A stretch of 64,000 bases of DNA from Eledone cirrhosa (GCA_964016885.1 OZ024741.1:194246001-194310000), one strand, 5' to 3'; numbered from the stretch's first letter, positions 41,011 through 55,450 are shown. Notes: a model not told the origin generated them from the sequence alone. Made by a program: numbers and translations.

Positions 41011-41103
41011 ACGTATCTGATGAACTTGCGAATCCAGAGTCAGGTTAGATCCACAAACAGATTGCACCTCTAGCTGTTCGCCGGGGAAACAATTGTAATA
41101 CGT
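41011..41103 (+). ncRNA. Type I hammerhead ribozyme motif with a 62-nt stem II domain
   Basis: acgtat-CTGATGA-acttgcgaa...ttcgccggg-GAAAC-aatt-GTA-atacgt. Perfect 6-bp stem I. Confidence 0.82.
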
Positions 41104-41292
41104 AATAAATTGTGTTCCGATGCATCACTGATTCTTCGTTTTCCATTTTATATATATATATATATAAATATAAATTTTGAGTGTGTGTTGGTTGTTTACC
41201 GACACCTCAGTATGCAGGATGGGCATATCAGAGTATTGACAATATTATACACCTAAACAACATATGTACTTGTCTATACCATACTAATTCAA

Positions 41293-41347
41293 ACTGCCTG
41301 AAGAGGTCACAGCCAAAGATGGCTGTCACTGAAATATATATAGCAGT
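41293..41347 (+). ncRNA. Canonical type I hammerhead ribozyme motif
   Basis: actgc-CTGAAGA-ggtcacagcca-aaga-tggctgtcact-GAAAT-atat-ATA-gcagt. Confidence 0.88.
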
Positions 41348-41554
41348 AATAAACGAAGCTAAATTTTAATCATTTGACTTTTATTTAACTTTATTTTATA
41401 TATATATATATGGGATAACAAATTATTGTTATAGGTTGCAAGTCTCCGTATTGTGGATAGTTTAACATACAGCGTTGTTTGACTCAACAAGAGGTTTCCT
41501 TAGTTAGGTGGCGAGTTTACGGGAATTCCTATGCAGGTTATTCTTGGAGTAATA

Positions 41555-41823
41555 ATAGTGAAAGGGTGAAGAATAACATGGTCAACAGTACAAAAAGGGT
41601 TTTATTTACAGTATTAACAATTGTTTCATTGATTAGGGTTAACTGATTAAAGTTATACACTGCGTTTGTAATATACTAGGAAAATTCAAATACATTGTAT
41701 TTAAAATTGAGTGACACAACTTCAAGTGATTAGCAATTTTTAGACACCCTAATGAATGAAACAATTGTTAATACTGTAAATAAAACCCTTTTTGTACTGT
41801 TGACCATGTTATTCTTCACTCTT

Positions 41824-41830
<7 letters not shown>
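41555..41830. repeat. Fold-back inverted repeat of a pLTR-like end
   Basis: Arms at about 41555-41638 and 41746-41830 are reverse complements. Each carries GAAAC-aatt-GTT. Confidence 0.85.
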
Positions 41831-41910
<80 letters not shown>

Positions 41911-41970
41911 GTATATATATATGGAAAAAAAGGAAATTTCATTTCTCACTCTTAGTACGGCTGATACATA

Positions 41971-42064
<94 letters not shown>

Positions 42065-42223
42065 CATATATATATGTGTGTGTATATATATATATAAATA
42101 TATATATATATATGTGTATATATATATATATATAAATATATATATATATATGTGTATATATATATATAAATATATATATATGTGTGTATATATATATATA
42201 TATAAATATATATATATGTGTGT

Positions 42224-42305
<82 letters not shown>

Positions 42306-42311
42306 GTGTGT

Positions 42312-42346
<35 letters not shown>

Positions 42347-42422
42347 AATATATATATATATGTGTGTATATATATATATAAATATATATATATATGTGTG
42401 TATATATATATAAATATATATA

Positions 42423-42458
<36 letters not shown>

Positions 42459-42538
42459 ATTGGAAAATTCAATATTTTATAGTAACTTAGTTCACGAATC
42501 CTCAGACCAGTCACATTTGTATATGTATGTATGTGTGT

Positions 42539-42597
<59 letters not shown>

Positions 42598-43316
42598 GAC
42601 GACCACGGTACTGGCAACTCGAATATAGGAACTGAAGTATAAAGGGGTATCATATACGACTAAATGAAACATGCTCGATAAGTCAGGCTCTTATATTAAA
42701 GGAACAATTTCCCTTTGCTTTAACTGAAAAATTAAGGATATAAATACCTCAACACAAAAAAATACATACACTTTAACAATTATAATTATATTTAAAAATA
42801 TAAACTTACAGACTCATGAGTTTCTTCCCCTGAATAACAAAAAACACCAAATTTATTGTTATATTATTTCCCTTGCACTTGACTTAATTTCCTGAACGGA
42901 ATAACGTCGGCCATTTAGTCTTGCCTGAAAGATAAGCAACACTAGCAAATATAATATCTCTATGACCTACGTAGCTAGCAACTGTGTTAAAAATTTATTT
43001 ATAATGATATATTTTGGCTCTGTTTCGACAGCGAGATCCGAACGGAAAAGAACCCGTCCCAATTTCTGTGAACAGTAGTTCCAGTAGGACTACTGTTAAC
43101 AGATAAGAATTTCAGAAACCGTGTATGGAACAGGAATCTGGATATTTTAATACCCTATTCACACGAAATCGTTTTTGCTACTGATTAACGTACGTGTACA
43201 TTCTGATCAATGGGCTTGTATTTTAATAATACAAACCTAATTATATCATTGAGTGAGTGAGAAAACGACCGTGGCTGTGGCTGTTTTCTTTGACAAGCTT
43301 TGTACATACACGCACA

Positions 43317-43362
<46 letters not shown>

Positions 43363-43494
43363 TAGAGAGAGAGAGAGAGAGAGAGAGAGGAGATAGTGAA
43401 GAAAATTTCAAAAGAAGATTTAAATAGATAGAATATTGCATATTTGTATGTATGTAAGACCCAAATTATACGGTATCTGTATGTTGCAAGCTCC

Positions 43495-45131
43495 ATATAC
43501 ATATATATATATACATACATATACATATATATCATATATATATACATACATATACATATATATACATACATATATATATATATACATACATATATATATA
43601 CATACATATACATATACATACATATACATATACATACATATACATATATATACATATACATATACATACATATACATATATATACATACATATATATATA
43701 CATACATATATATATACATACATATACATATATACATATATATACATACATATACATATACATACATACATATACATATACATATATATCTTATATATAT
43801 ATATACATATATATCATATATAATATACATATATATCATATATATATATCATATATATAATATACATATATATCATATATATAATATACATATATATCAT
43901 ATACATATATATATACACATATATATATATGCATATCATATATATATATATCATATATATATATATCATATATATATCATATATATATATATCATATATA
44001 TATATATCATATATATCATACACATATATATCATATACATATATATCATATATATATATATCATATACATATATATCATATATATATATATCATATATAT
44101 ATATATCATATACACATATATCATATATATCATATATCATATATATCATATACATATATATCATATACATATATATCATATATATATATACATATATATC
44201 TCATATATATACATATATATCTTATATATATACATATATATCTTATATATATACATATATATCTTATATATATACATATATATCTTATATATATACATAT
44301 ATATCTTATATATATACATATATATCTTATATATATACATATATATCTTATATATATACATATATATACACATATATATATATATATATATATACATATA
44401 TATGTATATATACATATATATCTCATATATATATATATATATATACACACACGCAAAAAATGAAACGAAATTTCATTTCTCACTCTTAGTACTGCTGTTA
44501 CTTAAATATAAGTATGTATACGTACATACATATATGTATACAGACGTACAGTAGTGTATATATATATATATACATACATGCACACATATATATATGTACG
44601 TATAGATTCACCGAACATTTATTATAATGCTCGGTGTGTTTGTAAACAAACATCCCGAATTAAGCCGTACAGTGTCTAGCAACCATCGTTGCTCATTTGT
44701 TCAACCCTGACAAAGGAACGCTGTACTAGTTTCAAGCTTATTAGCTATCCTCAGCAACGTATACCTTCCTGCCAGATGGTTGAACGTCTGAAAGTATATA
44801 CTTTCCTTATGCATATTAACGGCTGAGCAACCTAATTTGCATATCGAGTGAGTTAATCGGCCGAGGGTACCGAAAACGATAAACAGAAAAAATGAAACGA
44901 AATTTCATTTCTCACTCTTAGTACGGCTGTTACTTAAATATAAGTATGTATACGTACATACATATATGTATACAGACGTACAGTAGTATGTATATATATA
45001 TACATACATGCACACATATATATGTACGTATGGATTCACCGAATATTTATTATAATGCTCGGTGTGTCTGTATACATATATGTATGTACGTATACATACT
45101 TATATTTATATATATATATATATCTTTGTAT

Positions 45132-45176
<45 letters not shown>

Positions 45177-45396
45177 TATATCTTTGTATACACACACACA
45201 TATATATATATATATACATATATATATATCTTGTATACACACACACATATATATATATACATATATATATATCTTTGTATACACACATATATATATACAT
45301 ATATATATACATATATATATCTTTGTATACACACACATATAAATATATACATATATATATATATATACATATATATATATCTTTGTATACACACAC

Positions 45397-45427
<31 letters not shown>

Positions 45428-45436
45428 CATATATAC

Positions 45437-45467
<31 letters not shown>

Positions 45468-45597
45468 CATATATACATATATACATATATACATACATAC
45501 ATATATACATACATACATATATACATACATACATACATACATATATACATACATACATATATACATACATACATATATACATACATACATATATACA

Positions 45598-45629
<32 letters not shown>

Positions 45630-45784
45630 CATACATATATATATACATACATATATATATACATACACATACATATACATACACATACATATATATATAC
45701 ATACATATATATATACATACATATATATATACATACATATATATATACATACATATATATATACATACATATATATATACATAC

Positions 45785-45831
<47 letters not shown>

Positions 45832-45887
45832 CATATATATATACATACATATATATATACATACATATATATATATATACATACATA

Positions 45888-45918
<31 letters not shown>

Positions 45919-45934
45919 CTTTGTATACACACAC

Positions 45935-45966
<32 letters not shown>

Positions 45967-46564
45967 TGTTATACTTTGGGAGGGTCATGTTGCCAATAAG
46001 AAACACACGCACCAGTTGCTTTCACTTCAATTTATAATAATTTATTATAATAAATTGAAGTGAACGCAACTGGTGCGTGTGTTCTTATTGGCAACATGAC
46101 CCTCCCAAAGTATAACAATATCGGTTTCAAGAATCTTGCTAAACAAATTCAGAAACGAAATATATATACATATATATACACATATATACATATATATACA
46201 TATATACATATACATACATATATATATACATATACACATATACATACATATATACATACACATATACATATATAACACATATACATATATATATACATAC
46301 ATATATACATATATACATACATATATACATACATATATACATACATATATACATACATATATATATACATATATATACATATATATACATATATATATAC
46401 ATATATATACATATATATACATATATATATACATATATATATACATATATATACATATATATACATATATATATACATATATATACATATATATATACAT
46501 ATATATATATACATATATATACATATATATATATACATATATATATATACATATATATATATAC

Positions 46565-46615
<51 letters not shown>

Positions 46616-46818
46616 CATATATATATATATACATATATATACATATATATACATATATATACATATATATACATATATATACATACATATATATACATAT
46701 ATATATATACATATATATACATATATATATACATATATATACATATATATATACATATATATACATATATATACATACATATACATACATATACATATAT
46801 ATACATACACATATATAC

Positions 46819-46897
<79 letters not shown>

Positions 46898-46935
46898 CAT
46901 ATATATACATATATATACATACATATATATACATA

Positions 46936-46987
<52 letters not shown>

Positions 46988-47420
46988 CATATATATACAT
47001 ACATATATATACATATATATACATACATATATATACATATATATACATATATATATATACATATATACATATATATACATATATTACATATATATACATA
47101 TACATATATACATATATACATATATATATATACATATATATACATATACATATATACATATATATACATATACATATATACATATACATATATACATATA
47201 TACATATACATATATACATATATACATATATATACATATACATATATATACATATACATATATATACATATACATATATACATATATACATATATATACA
47301 TATACATATATACATATATATACATATACATATATACATATATATACATATACATATATACATATATACATATACATATATACATATATATACATATACA
47401 TATATACATATATACACATA

Positions 47421-47454
<34 letters not shown>

Positions 47455-47827
47455 CATATATATACACATATCTATATATATACACACATATATATATATA
47501 CACATATATATACACATATCTATATATATACACATATATATATATATACACATATATATATATATACACATATATATATATATACACATATATATATATA
47601 CACATATATACATATATATACACATATATACATATATACACATATATATATATATATACACATATATATATATATATATACACATATATATATATATATA
47701 CACATATATACATATATACACATATATATATATATACACATATATACATATATATATATATATACACATATATACATCTATATACATATACATCTATATA
47801 CATCTATATACATATACATCTATATAC

Positions 47828-47858
<31 letters not shown>

Positions 47859-48001
47859 CACATATATACATATATATATATATACACATATATACATCTA
47901 TATACATATACATCTATATACATCTATATACATATACATCTATATACATATACATCTATATACATATATATATATATATATATATACATATATATATACA
48001 C

Positions 48002-48032
<31 letters not shown>

Positions 48033-48043
48033 CATATATATAT

Positions 48044-48096
<53 letters not shown>

Positions 48097-48141
48097 CATA
48101 TATATACATATATACATACATATATATATATATACATATGT

Positions 48142-48170
<29 letters not shown>
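43495..48170. repeat. Very large compound (TA)n/(TACA)n/(TATATC)n microsatellite field with small non-microsatellite islands
   Basis: Seen directly. Islands at about 44450-45100 and 45963-46160. Confidence 0.95.
45963..46121. repeat. Near-perfect 160 bp palindrome
   Basis: atattgttatactttgggagggtcatgttgccaataag... pairs with ...cttattggcaacatgaccctcccaaagtataacaatat. Confidence 0.92.
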
Positions 48171-48173
<3 letters not shown>

Positions 48174-48851
48174 ATGCAGGGTATTTTTTAAAATAGTTTT
48201 ATATATACAAAAACATACAAGTTCACTTTGTTTATTGTGATGGTGATATTTGGGGATAAGAACAATAACAGATGTGAATTTGGAATAGAGATTCAGAAAC
48301 TTGTAAGACATGGAATTGTATAGAGGTTGTAGTTCACTGATACACTAATTCACACAAAATAGTTTTAAAACAAGTCAATAAAAGAACTTGCATGTGGTCA
48401 CTCGACCTGCTGGAAATAGCAGCTAAACCTTCCTCAAATAACAACTTAGTGTTTTGAAAATGAAAGACACATTGGATAATGTATTCCTAGGTACACTATG
48501 TCTAAAAAGATGGGAAGGTTAAAGTTTGAACATCTTTGATCATAGGTTTCTTCCAAAAGGACTGATGTAAGGTTAAACAACAACAACAATAAGGAAGGGC
48601 ACATATTGCATAATGAAGTCCAGATAGAGTATGTTTGAAAAAAAAGACAGGATAGTCACAGCTGGAATGTCTTTGATTAAAAAGTCTGCTGGATCTGGGC
48701 TGATCAGGGTCCAAACAATAACAACAACAAATTTTTTTTAATCTCATAATTATTCTCTCTGAGTTTAGATAATTAAATGGGTTTTTTTTTGTTTTTGGTG
48801 GGACATTTTAATAAAGTTTTATATTTTTATGATAATTATTTTCTTTTCCAG

Positions 48852-49140
48852 GAAGAATATTTCATATTAGAAATATTGATATTGGTTTTGTATTCTGTTT
48901 GCTGAACATTGAAGTTTCTTTTAGTAGAAACATTAAGTGTGGGTTAGCTATGTTTATAATTTCATGTCTTCACATGTCTCAACTTTACAGCACTTCTTTT
49001 TGTTTTTATACCACTGAAAATTCACAAAAGATTTTCTGAAATATCTCAATTTTCATTGTTTCACGATCATTGATATTCTTGTATTTGTCTACTTGGCACT
49101 GTCAGTTGTCAAATCCTGGAGAGCCAACAGATGTTAAAAG
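48852..49140 (+). other. Possible non-coding or UTR exon
   Basis: Polypyrimidine acceptor ttttcttttccag| and donor AAG|gtaaat bracket a stretch with no match elsewhere in the window. All three frames contain stops. Confidence 0.3.
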
Positions 49141-49326
49141 GTAAATTGTTCAACAGTTCTTGTTGGTAGAACACTAAAACAAAAATAGGATCTGGAAACT
49201 TGAAAAGCTTAGAAAATTATTTAGAGTTACTCACAGATGTTTCCAACATCACATGATTAAAAGAGAATATACAACAATTTATATGCATGTATAAATATAT
49301 ATATATATACACACAAACGCATGCAC

Positions 49327-49386
<60 letters not shown>

Positions 49387-50794
49387 TATATATACAAGAT
49401 TGTTATATTGTATTATATTTTACGTACAGCTGTTAACTGGAGATGCATACAATATGCGTATGCAAAGTATAATATATATTTCAACAAATATACGATTTAG
49501 AGTTGTTTTGAAGTTTCCCCAGTGGTTCACATCACCAGACAGTGATCTCCATGATTTTCAGTGTTAGTGTGTGTACGCTAGTGTGTGTGTGTGTGTGTGT
49601 GTATGTATGAATGCATGTATGAAAATGTATATATAATCTCGATCACATAATAAAAGGAACTGAAAAATGGATCAGTTGAGGAAATAAATGTTAAAGATGT
49701 TTATTTACTTATAACATTTTTTTGATCAATCATATTCATGAAGTGTTGAGCAAATTTTGAATATATGTTAGCTTTAAGTAAGCTGCATCAACACAGGTTT
49801 TTGACTATTTTTTACTATTTAAAAAAAACCTGCATTGAAGCTGCTTACTTTAAGTTAACATACATTCATAAGATTCTTTGTTTTGTTTTGCTTTCTTTGT
49901 TTCATTTTATATATGTTAAGACTTTTTTTCTTTCTGTTATGGATCAGCAGGTAATTGATTGGTGACTTTTATGAAGCCCTTAACACCACAACAAACAACA
50001 ATAACACAGTAACAACAAAACTTAGTAACAACAATAGTTTCTAATTTTGGCACAAGGCCAGCAACTTGTAGGGAGGGGAAAGCCGATTATATTGACCCTA
50101 GTACTTGACTGGTACTTTATTTTATTGGCCATGGAAAGATGAAAGGCAAAGTTGACCTTGGCAGGATCTGAACACAGAACTTCAGTAGATAGAACAAATA
50201 CTGCTAAGCATTCTAACAACTCTGCCAGCCCCCTGCCTTTCAAACAATAACAACACAGTAACACCAGCAATAACAACACAGTAACAACAATAACACAGTA
50301 ACAGCAATAACAACACAGCGTGAGATTGAGCAATAAAGTAATATGGTAAAAATATAGTGTTGTACATTATATATATTATCAATTCTCTCTTTTTTTCAAC
50401 AAAGGTGTGTAAAGTCACCAGAACCTTAGTAACTGGAGGAAATGTGGTCTTCTTTTTTCTCTTTTCTTCACTGCTGACTCATTTAAAAGAATATCCTTAC
50501 ACACATACACTCACACATGCACACACACTGTATATAGATGCTGTATAAATAAAATATATTATTCTACATACAGATGTATTGAGTAATTTCTTGATGACTG
50601 GTCTTTTTAATCTTTAGATTAAAATTATCATAATATATATATATATATATATAGATAGATAGATAGTTGTTGTAGGGTTGCAGTTAAATGCATCTGGAGG
50701 CGGTATGCTGGTTGAGCACTCGATGGTCATGCAGAGCAGAGTATGTTATTATAGATAATGAGGAATCAGTAATGCATCAAACCACAATTTATTA

Positions 50795-50886
50795 ACATAT
50801 TACATATGTTTCTCTGTCGACCAGCTCAAGGCAGGATCTGTTACAGATCGAACTCGACTCTGCATTCGAAAGTTCCTCAGATATAT
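50795..50886 (-). ncRNA. Type I hammerhead motif with long stem II, in fold-back repeat 50748-51045
   Basis: Reverse complement reads atatat-CTGAGGA-actttcga...gtcgacaga-GAAAC-atat-GTA-atatgt. The mirrored arm at 50920-51045 lacks CUGANGA. Confidence 0.8.
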
Positions 50887-51264
50887 CTTGTGGATTCAAA
50901 GTATTCCATCAGATGGAATACTTTCGAATGCAGAGTCAGGTTCGATCTGTAACAGATCCTGCCTTGAGCCGATTGACGGAGAAACATATGTAATATGTTA
51001 ATAAATTGTGGTTTGATGCATTACTGATTCCTCGTTATCTATAATAGATAGATGGAGAGAGATAAGATGTTACTAGTTAAGACCAGTATTCAACTTAGTA
51101 TTCTCAATTAAGTAGAGAGTAGATAATATTATAGGGAGTTTTTGCCCTCCAGTTAAGCTTATACTATTTCAATAACATTTCTTTTCTTTTTTTTTTTTGC
51201 TTTTGAAATGGCATAAGCTTAATGGGCAAAAAATCCCTATAATAATAATAATAATAATAATAAT

Positions 51265-51472
51265 GGTTTCTGACTTAGGCACAAGGCCAGCAATTTTTTT
51301 TTTTTGGGGGGGGGATCGATTAAATCGACCCTAGTGCATTACTGGGGCTTATTTTATTGACCCAAAAGGATGACAGGCAAAGCTAAACTCGGTGGGATTT
51401 GAACCCAGAATGTAAAGGGCCGTAACTCTATGCTGCAAAGCATGTTGTCCAATGCTCTACTGATACTGCCAA
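51265..51472 (-). mobile_element. SINE family A (diverged); other diverged copies at about 50036-50235 and 53690-53840
   Basis: Matches the family A consensus. Confidence 0.8.
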
Positions 51473-51603
51473 TATATATAAATAATTAAATGTTCCACAC
51501 CAATATAATATAATATAATATAATGTAATGTAATGTAATGTAATGCAATGCAATGCAGTGCAATGTAATGCAATGCAATGCAATACATACAATACAATAT
51601 ATA

Positions 51604-52484
51604 CAGGGTGCGGACAACATCTGTTCGCAATTTTCAACTGCTAATTTTATGCAAATTTTTTTTACTTCCGTTGTCACTCTTGTCTTCACAAAAACAGTGA
51701 CTATATTTCCATTATTTATTTTCTGAATAATTGATTATGAATAATTTTGAACCTCCAAATTTGTGGCAGAGACACGGAGTTCTTCTTGGAATCCGCGCCG
51801 GGAGGACAAATAAGGAAATTTCAGACTTTCTCAGCATCAGCAGGCGAATGGTGTCTCATCCAAAGACATGCCCAAAGTCATGCAGACAAAGTTTCCAGCG
51901 ACAACATTGGTCTTAGGTGTCGTCAGCAGTCAAGGTGACGTCATGCCACCTCACTTCTTCCCTGAGGGCCTCAAGCTGAACACCGATGGCTACATCCGCG
52001 TTCTGAGCGAGGTAGTAAAGCCCTGGATCAACCAGGTAGCTGCAGGTAGGCCATACATGTGGCAGCAAGACTCAGGGCCCTGCCATACCAGCCGAAAGAC
52101 CCAAGCCTGGCTGTCAGAGAACTTCGTCGACCACACTTCACCTGACATCTGGCCTCCCAGCTCGCTTGACTGCAACCCCCTCGACTTCTTTGTGTGGGGC
52201 ACAGTGGAACAAGACACCAACAGATCTAGCTGCAATACGAAAGACGATCTGAAGGCCAGGATCACAAGTGCCTGTAGGGGCCTAAGTCGGGGGACAGTGA
52301 CGAAGGCCTGTAGCCGGTTCCGAGGCCGTCATCAAAGCCAATGGTGGGTTTATCGAGTGAGATCGAAAGAACAAATCATGAAGACAAACTGACCCAAGTT
52401 TGATAAATAAATCTTAAAAAATAAAACTACTGTGTTATTTTTTCCTAGACAGTAATCTTGCGAACAGATATCGTCCGCACCCTG
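51604..52484 (+). mobile_element. DD37D (maT-type) transposon, internally deleted, both TIRs present
   Basis: ta|cagggtgcggacaacatctgttcgcaa ... ttgcgaacagatatcgtccgcaccctg|ta. ORF 51868-52392 has QQD-37aa-D. Confidence 0.95.
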
Positions 52485-52561
52485 TATATGTCATTAACTA
52501 TTTTGTAATGATTAAAAGCTTGGATTTATTCCTTGAATTTTTCTTTGAGCTTATTCTTGGT

Positions 52562-53000
52562 GAAGGTGCATGACTTAGTGGTTAGAGCATTGGGCTTGCA
52601 ATCGAAAGGTTGTGAGATCAATTCTCAGACCGGGTGATGTGTTGTGTCCTTGAGCAAGACACTTTATTTCACATTGCTCCAGTTTACACAGCTGTAGAAA
52701 TGAGTTGCGATCCTCCCAAATCAATGGGTGGCAGTAGTTCCAGCTGCACGCATCGAAAGACTGGTGTAGTGGTTCTGAGAACAATGTGGCTTTGCAGATG
52801 ATCAATACAAATTAACAATGGAAAGGTGCTCCGGATTGAGTTAGAAGAGAACTATTGACCTTCAGGAGAAGCAGCGACCCCTGATTGTATTCAGAAACCA
52901 AAACAAATATGAAGTACACCAAATCCAATGCTCCTAGGGGCGGCCCTGGTTCTTCTTATTTGCGAGTGTAAACTCAGCCAGATTAAAGATTAAATATTGT
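52562..53000 (+). mobile_element. SINE family B head with a third type of tail
   Basis: Head and core as at 20874 up to gtagaaatgag, then unrelated sequence ending aaagattaaa. Confidence 0.75.
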
Positions 53001-53985
53001 TAGGGGATAAGGCGCATGTTCGAGATTATCTCAAACATGACATCTATAATTTTAAATGTTATATATATATATATATATATATAAAATATTTACTTGTTGT
53101 ATCCCAACAATTTAAATAGAACTTTTGCATATATATATATATACATATATATATGTAGGTAGATATGTAGGTATACATATACAATGTATAAAATGTATTC
53201 ATAATTTTGGGTTTACATGTTATAACAAAATAATGTTGTAGCATAGTCCAGTACACATACATCAGCTAATGAAGTTATAGTACAGATAAGTTTTATCATA
53301 CTCAAATTGTAACATAGTCATGTTATAACACAGTGTTAAAACATAGTAATTTTGTTATGACAGTCATTTTATATGACAGCTAAGTTATATCACTGCCAAA
53401 TTATGACATAAACAAGTTAAAGGACAACTTATAAGGCAGCGAAGTTATCAGACAGTCAATTTATAAGATATGTGGCATTTCTTGAGCATTTTAAACATGG
53501 CGGCGCCCAATCGTCTCCAGGTCTGAACACAGAAGATTTCTTCCAGAGAAGGAGTGAGAGAGAGAGTGAAAGAGAGAGAGAGCAGGAGAGAGAGAGAGAG
53601 AGAGGGGAGAGAGAGAGAGAGAGGGGGGAGAGAGAGGAGGGAGAGAGAGAGAGGGTGTGTGTGTGATAGAGAGGAAGATAGAAAAAGGTATCGACACTGG
53701 TACTAGACTGGTAATTTTTTATGAACCTCAAAGGGGATGAAAGCAAAATTGACCTTAGTGCTATTTGAACTCAGAGAGTACCGAGAGCTGGAATAAATAG
53801 CACAAAGCATTCTGTCAGATGTTCTAATGGCTCTCCTAATTCATTACTAAAAAACACTGTATAATGAATATTATATCATAGAATGCATATATATTTTCAT
53901 TAATCTCTCTATACACTATTGACAAATGTATAAAGTAGGAAATATATAAGAATATTAATACTATTGCCTGAATGTATAGTCAGGT

Positions 53986-54024
<39 letters not shown>

Positions 54025-54786
54025 CACACAAAACTATATGTATATTTATAACTTTGTCTATCTAAAGCTCATAAAAATATTGTTAATGCTCTGTTAATGC
54101 TGCAAAGTTACAGTAGGTATCTTTGAAAGCATACAAATATAATTGGTTGTGATGTGAAATAGGAAATGTATGTAGAATTCAATTAATTATTTATATGTAT
54201 ATGTGTATATATTTGCATCCATAACCAGTTGAATTTGCATATATAGGCATTTGTATGTATAAGTATACACATTTGCATGCTATATATACAAAGATATACA
54301 TATTTCATTTCATTTTGCAACAGATATATTTATTTTCAAATTAATTTTCTGTAATCACATGACGTTAAGAATATGTTTTTAGAATATTCTATTGATTTCC
54401 ATGACAACTACTCCTCCCAGAATATTATATTTCAGTTACAGTTATTCTCGTATTTTCAGCTAATAATATATATTTGGGGAGGTGATGGGCACTGCCAAGT
54501 ATTTTTAAAGACCATTGAAATGCCATGATGGACACACTATCAAAGTCTAGAGTGGTATCCCAATGACTGGCTGAGCCAGTTGCAGAAACTTGATTGATTA
54601 TTGAAGAGTTAGATGTTACTACTAAAGACCAGTAAGACCATTAGGACTACTTAAGAAAAGTAGAGTAGAGATATTATTTTAGGGATTCTCTGCCCTATAG
54701 TTAAGCTTTTATCATTTTGATATCAAAATGGTAGAATTTGGAAGGGTAGAGAATCCTTATAATGATATTGATTATTGAATACATGC

Positions 54787-54887
<101 letters not shown>

Positions 54888-55096
54888 GTCTTTGTTGATG
54901 TATCAGCTCATTTCCAATAATAATGTTTAAAAAAATAAATAAAAACATTTAACAGAAATATAATAAGGGTAAGAAGGAGGTGGAAGAAAGAGGAGGAGGT
55001 GGTGGAGAAACTTTGATGAAGGTAGCCAGGATTCGTATAATGGCAATGACGAGCAGAATATGTTTGAAATGAATCAGTGAGCAGCTGAAGTAGAAA

Positions 55097-55306
55097 CTAT
55101 ATATTCTCGCGGTATTCAGTGAAGCACCATGCTATGTGCTTGCACAGTTCTGAATCTGTATCAAGGGAGAACAAGTAGACCTCATTTTCTGTTGATATAA
55201 CTGTTTTCACCTCCTTCAGTTGTTTAACATCTCGTGTGCGACATTCCATGTACTTCTTCAATACAGAATTATTGACTTCAAAAAACAGCACCGGTTTCTT
55301 GTTAGA
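55097..55306 (-). CDS. Putative terminal coding exon of an unidentified host gene
   Basis: Strong acceptor ttttctctgttttctcacttcag|. Phase-0 frame SNKKPVLFFEVNNSVLKKYMECRTRDVKQLKEVKTVISTENEVYLFSLDTDSELCKHIAWCFTEYRENI*. Non-repetitive with protein-like composition. No upstream exon identified in the window. Confidence 0.6.
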   Translation of the reverse strand, partial: SNKKPVLFFEVNNSVLKKYMECRTRDVKQLKEVKTVISTENEVYLFSLDTDSELCKHIAWCFTEYRENI

Positions 55307-55334
55307 CTGAAGTGAGAAAACAGAGAAAATTATA

Positions 55335-55395
<61 letters not shown>

Positions 55396-55450
55396 GAGAG
55401 GTTTTTTTTACAAAATGAAAAATAACCGAGGTGTCCTACACGAGTGAAAG

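Noticed and set aside
22771-48311. Many long ORFs rich in Y/I/H/T/M/C/V (up to 686 aa)
   Set aside because: They are translations of (TA)n/(TACA)n/(TG)n microsatellites, not genes.
53497-53526. ATGGCGGCGCCC start-like motif
   Set aside because: A stop follows after 9 codons and the donor is weak, so there is no support for an exon.
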